From contig CBDCCK010000002.1 in NCBI GenBank assembly GCA_965214835.1, forward strand, positions 1,056,001 to 1,120,000: 64,000 bases of DNA, in the 5' to 3' direction. This stretch comes from Nitrosopumilaceae archaeon. Its GTDB lineage: Archaea; Thermoproteota; Nitrososphaeria; Nitrososphaerales; Nitrosopumilaceae. The position numbers and the translations under genes are program-made. The notes beneath the pieces were generated by a model. The model did no database searches and was not told the DNA's origin. It worked only from the letters and a program-made list of their open reading frames with translations. Shown one piece after another: positions 63,586 through 64,000 of this stretch. Each line of letters starts with the position of its first letter. Positions within the stretch are counted from its first letter, which is position 1.

Positions 63586-64000
63586 CTAATCTAATCGCCT
63601 TGAATAATGGTAAAGTTTGCCCAAATCATCATAATCTATACGGAATTTGGTTCCGTGGTTTCGCAGGCCCCGCCCATTATTTGTCCTCGCATCAAAATCT
63701 ATCGCCACAATTCCATTGGCTATGGCATTAATGAACGTCTTGGACTGTGGTTCTCTGTATATGTACGCCGTATCGTATCTTACCATCCCATTTTTCCTGA
63801 TCCCCTTCACCACAATCAGCCGCCGGAACTTGGATATGAAGGCGTTAATCAGGTCGTCATGTGTCCAGTACGGCCATGTCATATCACTTACGCCGTCGTT
63901 GCGTACGGTAATCCTGTCAGCCTCATTTGCAACATAGAATCCCCTGTCGGATCTGCCACGTATGGTATGTCTGAAACTAATCCTGTCTTTTACATCCTGC
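63586..64000 (-). CDS. MvaI/BcnI-family restriction endonuclease, C-terminal part
   Basis: G...IDFDART....LRNHGTKFRI; runs off the window edge. Confidence 0.75.
   Translation of the reverse strand, partial: QDVKDRISFRHTIRGRSDRGFYVANEADRITVRNDGVSDMTWPYWTHDDLINAFISKFRRLIVVKGIRKNGMVRYDTAYIYREPQSKTFINAIANGIVAIDFDARTNNGRGLRNHGTKFRIDYDDLGKLYHYSRRLD

Noticed and set aside
1-64000. Genome-wide TAG reassignment
   Set aside because: aglB, cbiA, rpl2, guaA and other core genes end in TAG at their expected C-termini.

Overview
Archaeal chromosome segment. The core genes (aglB, nop10, aIF2-alpha, cobO/cbiA/cbiC/cbiX/cbiG/cbiD, bacterial-type metK, Lsm, Lhr, RPA, grpE-dnaK-dnaJ, gatDE, cdc48, rpl2, SRP RNA, pelota, guaA) point to an ammonia-oxidising Nitrososphaerota (Nitrosopumilaceae-like) genome; this is an inference. 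Intact housekeeping blocks alternate with heavily IS-colonised islands at about 0-6, 25-27.4, 34-35.7, 39.3-44.5, 53.7-61 and 63.2-64 kb. These carry IS3, IS630, IS110, ISH3/IS4, IS5 and IS66 elements plus several families of 76-252 bp MITEs. Many termini and target-site duplications (TSDs) can be read directly from the sequence. They reveal nested insertions, knocked-out glycosyltransferases, an AbiE toxin-antitoxin locus hit by four elements, and a probable inversion of the guaA segment. The most unusual feature is a 95-nt cloverleaf at 34322-34416 (minus strand) with a Phe anticodon (GAA) but a Ser/Leu-type long variable arm and G73. A candidate IS110 bridge-RNA region is also present. All calls are by eye; no database searches were run.
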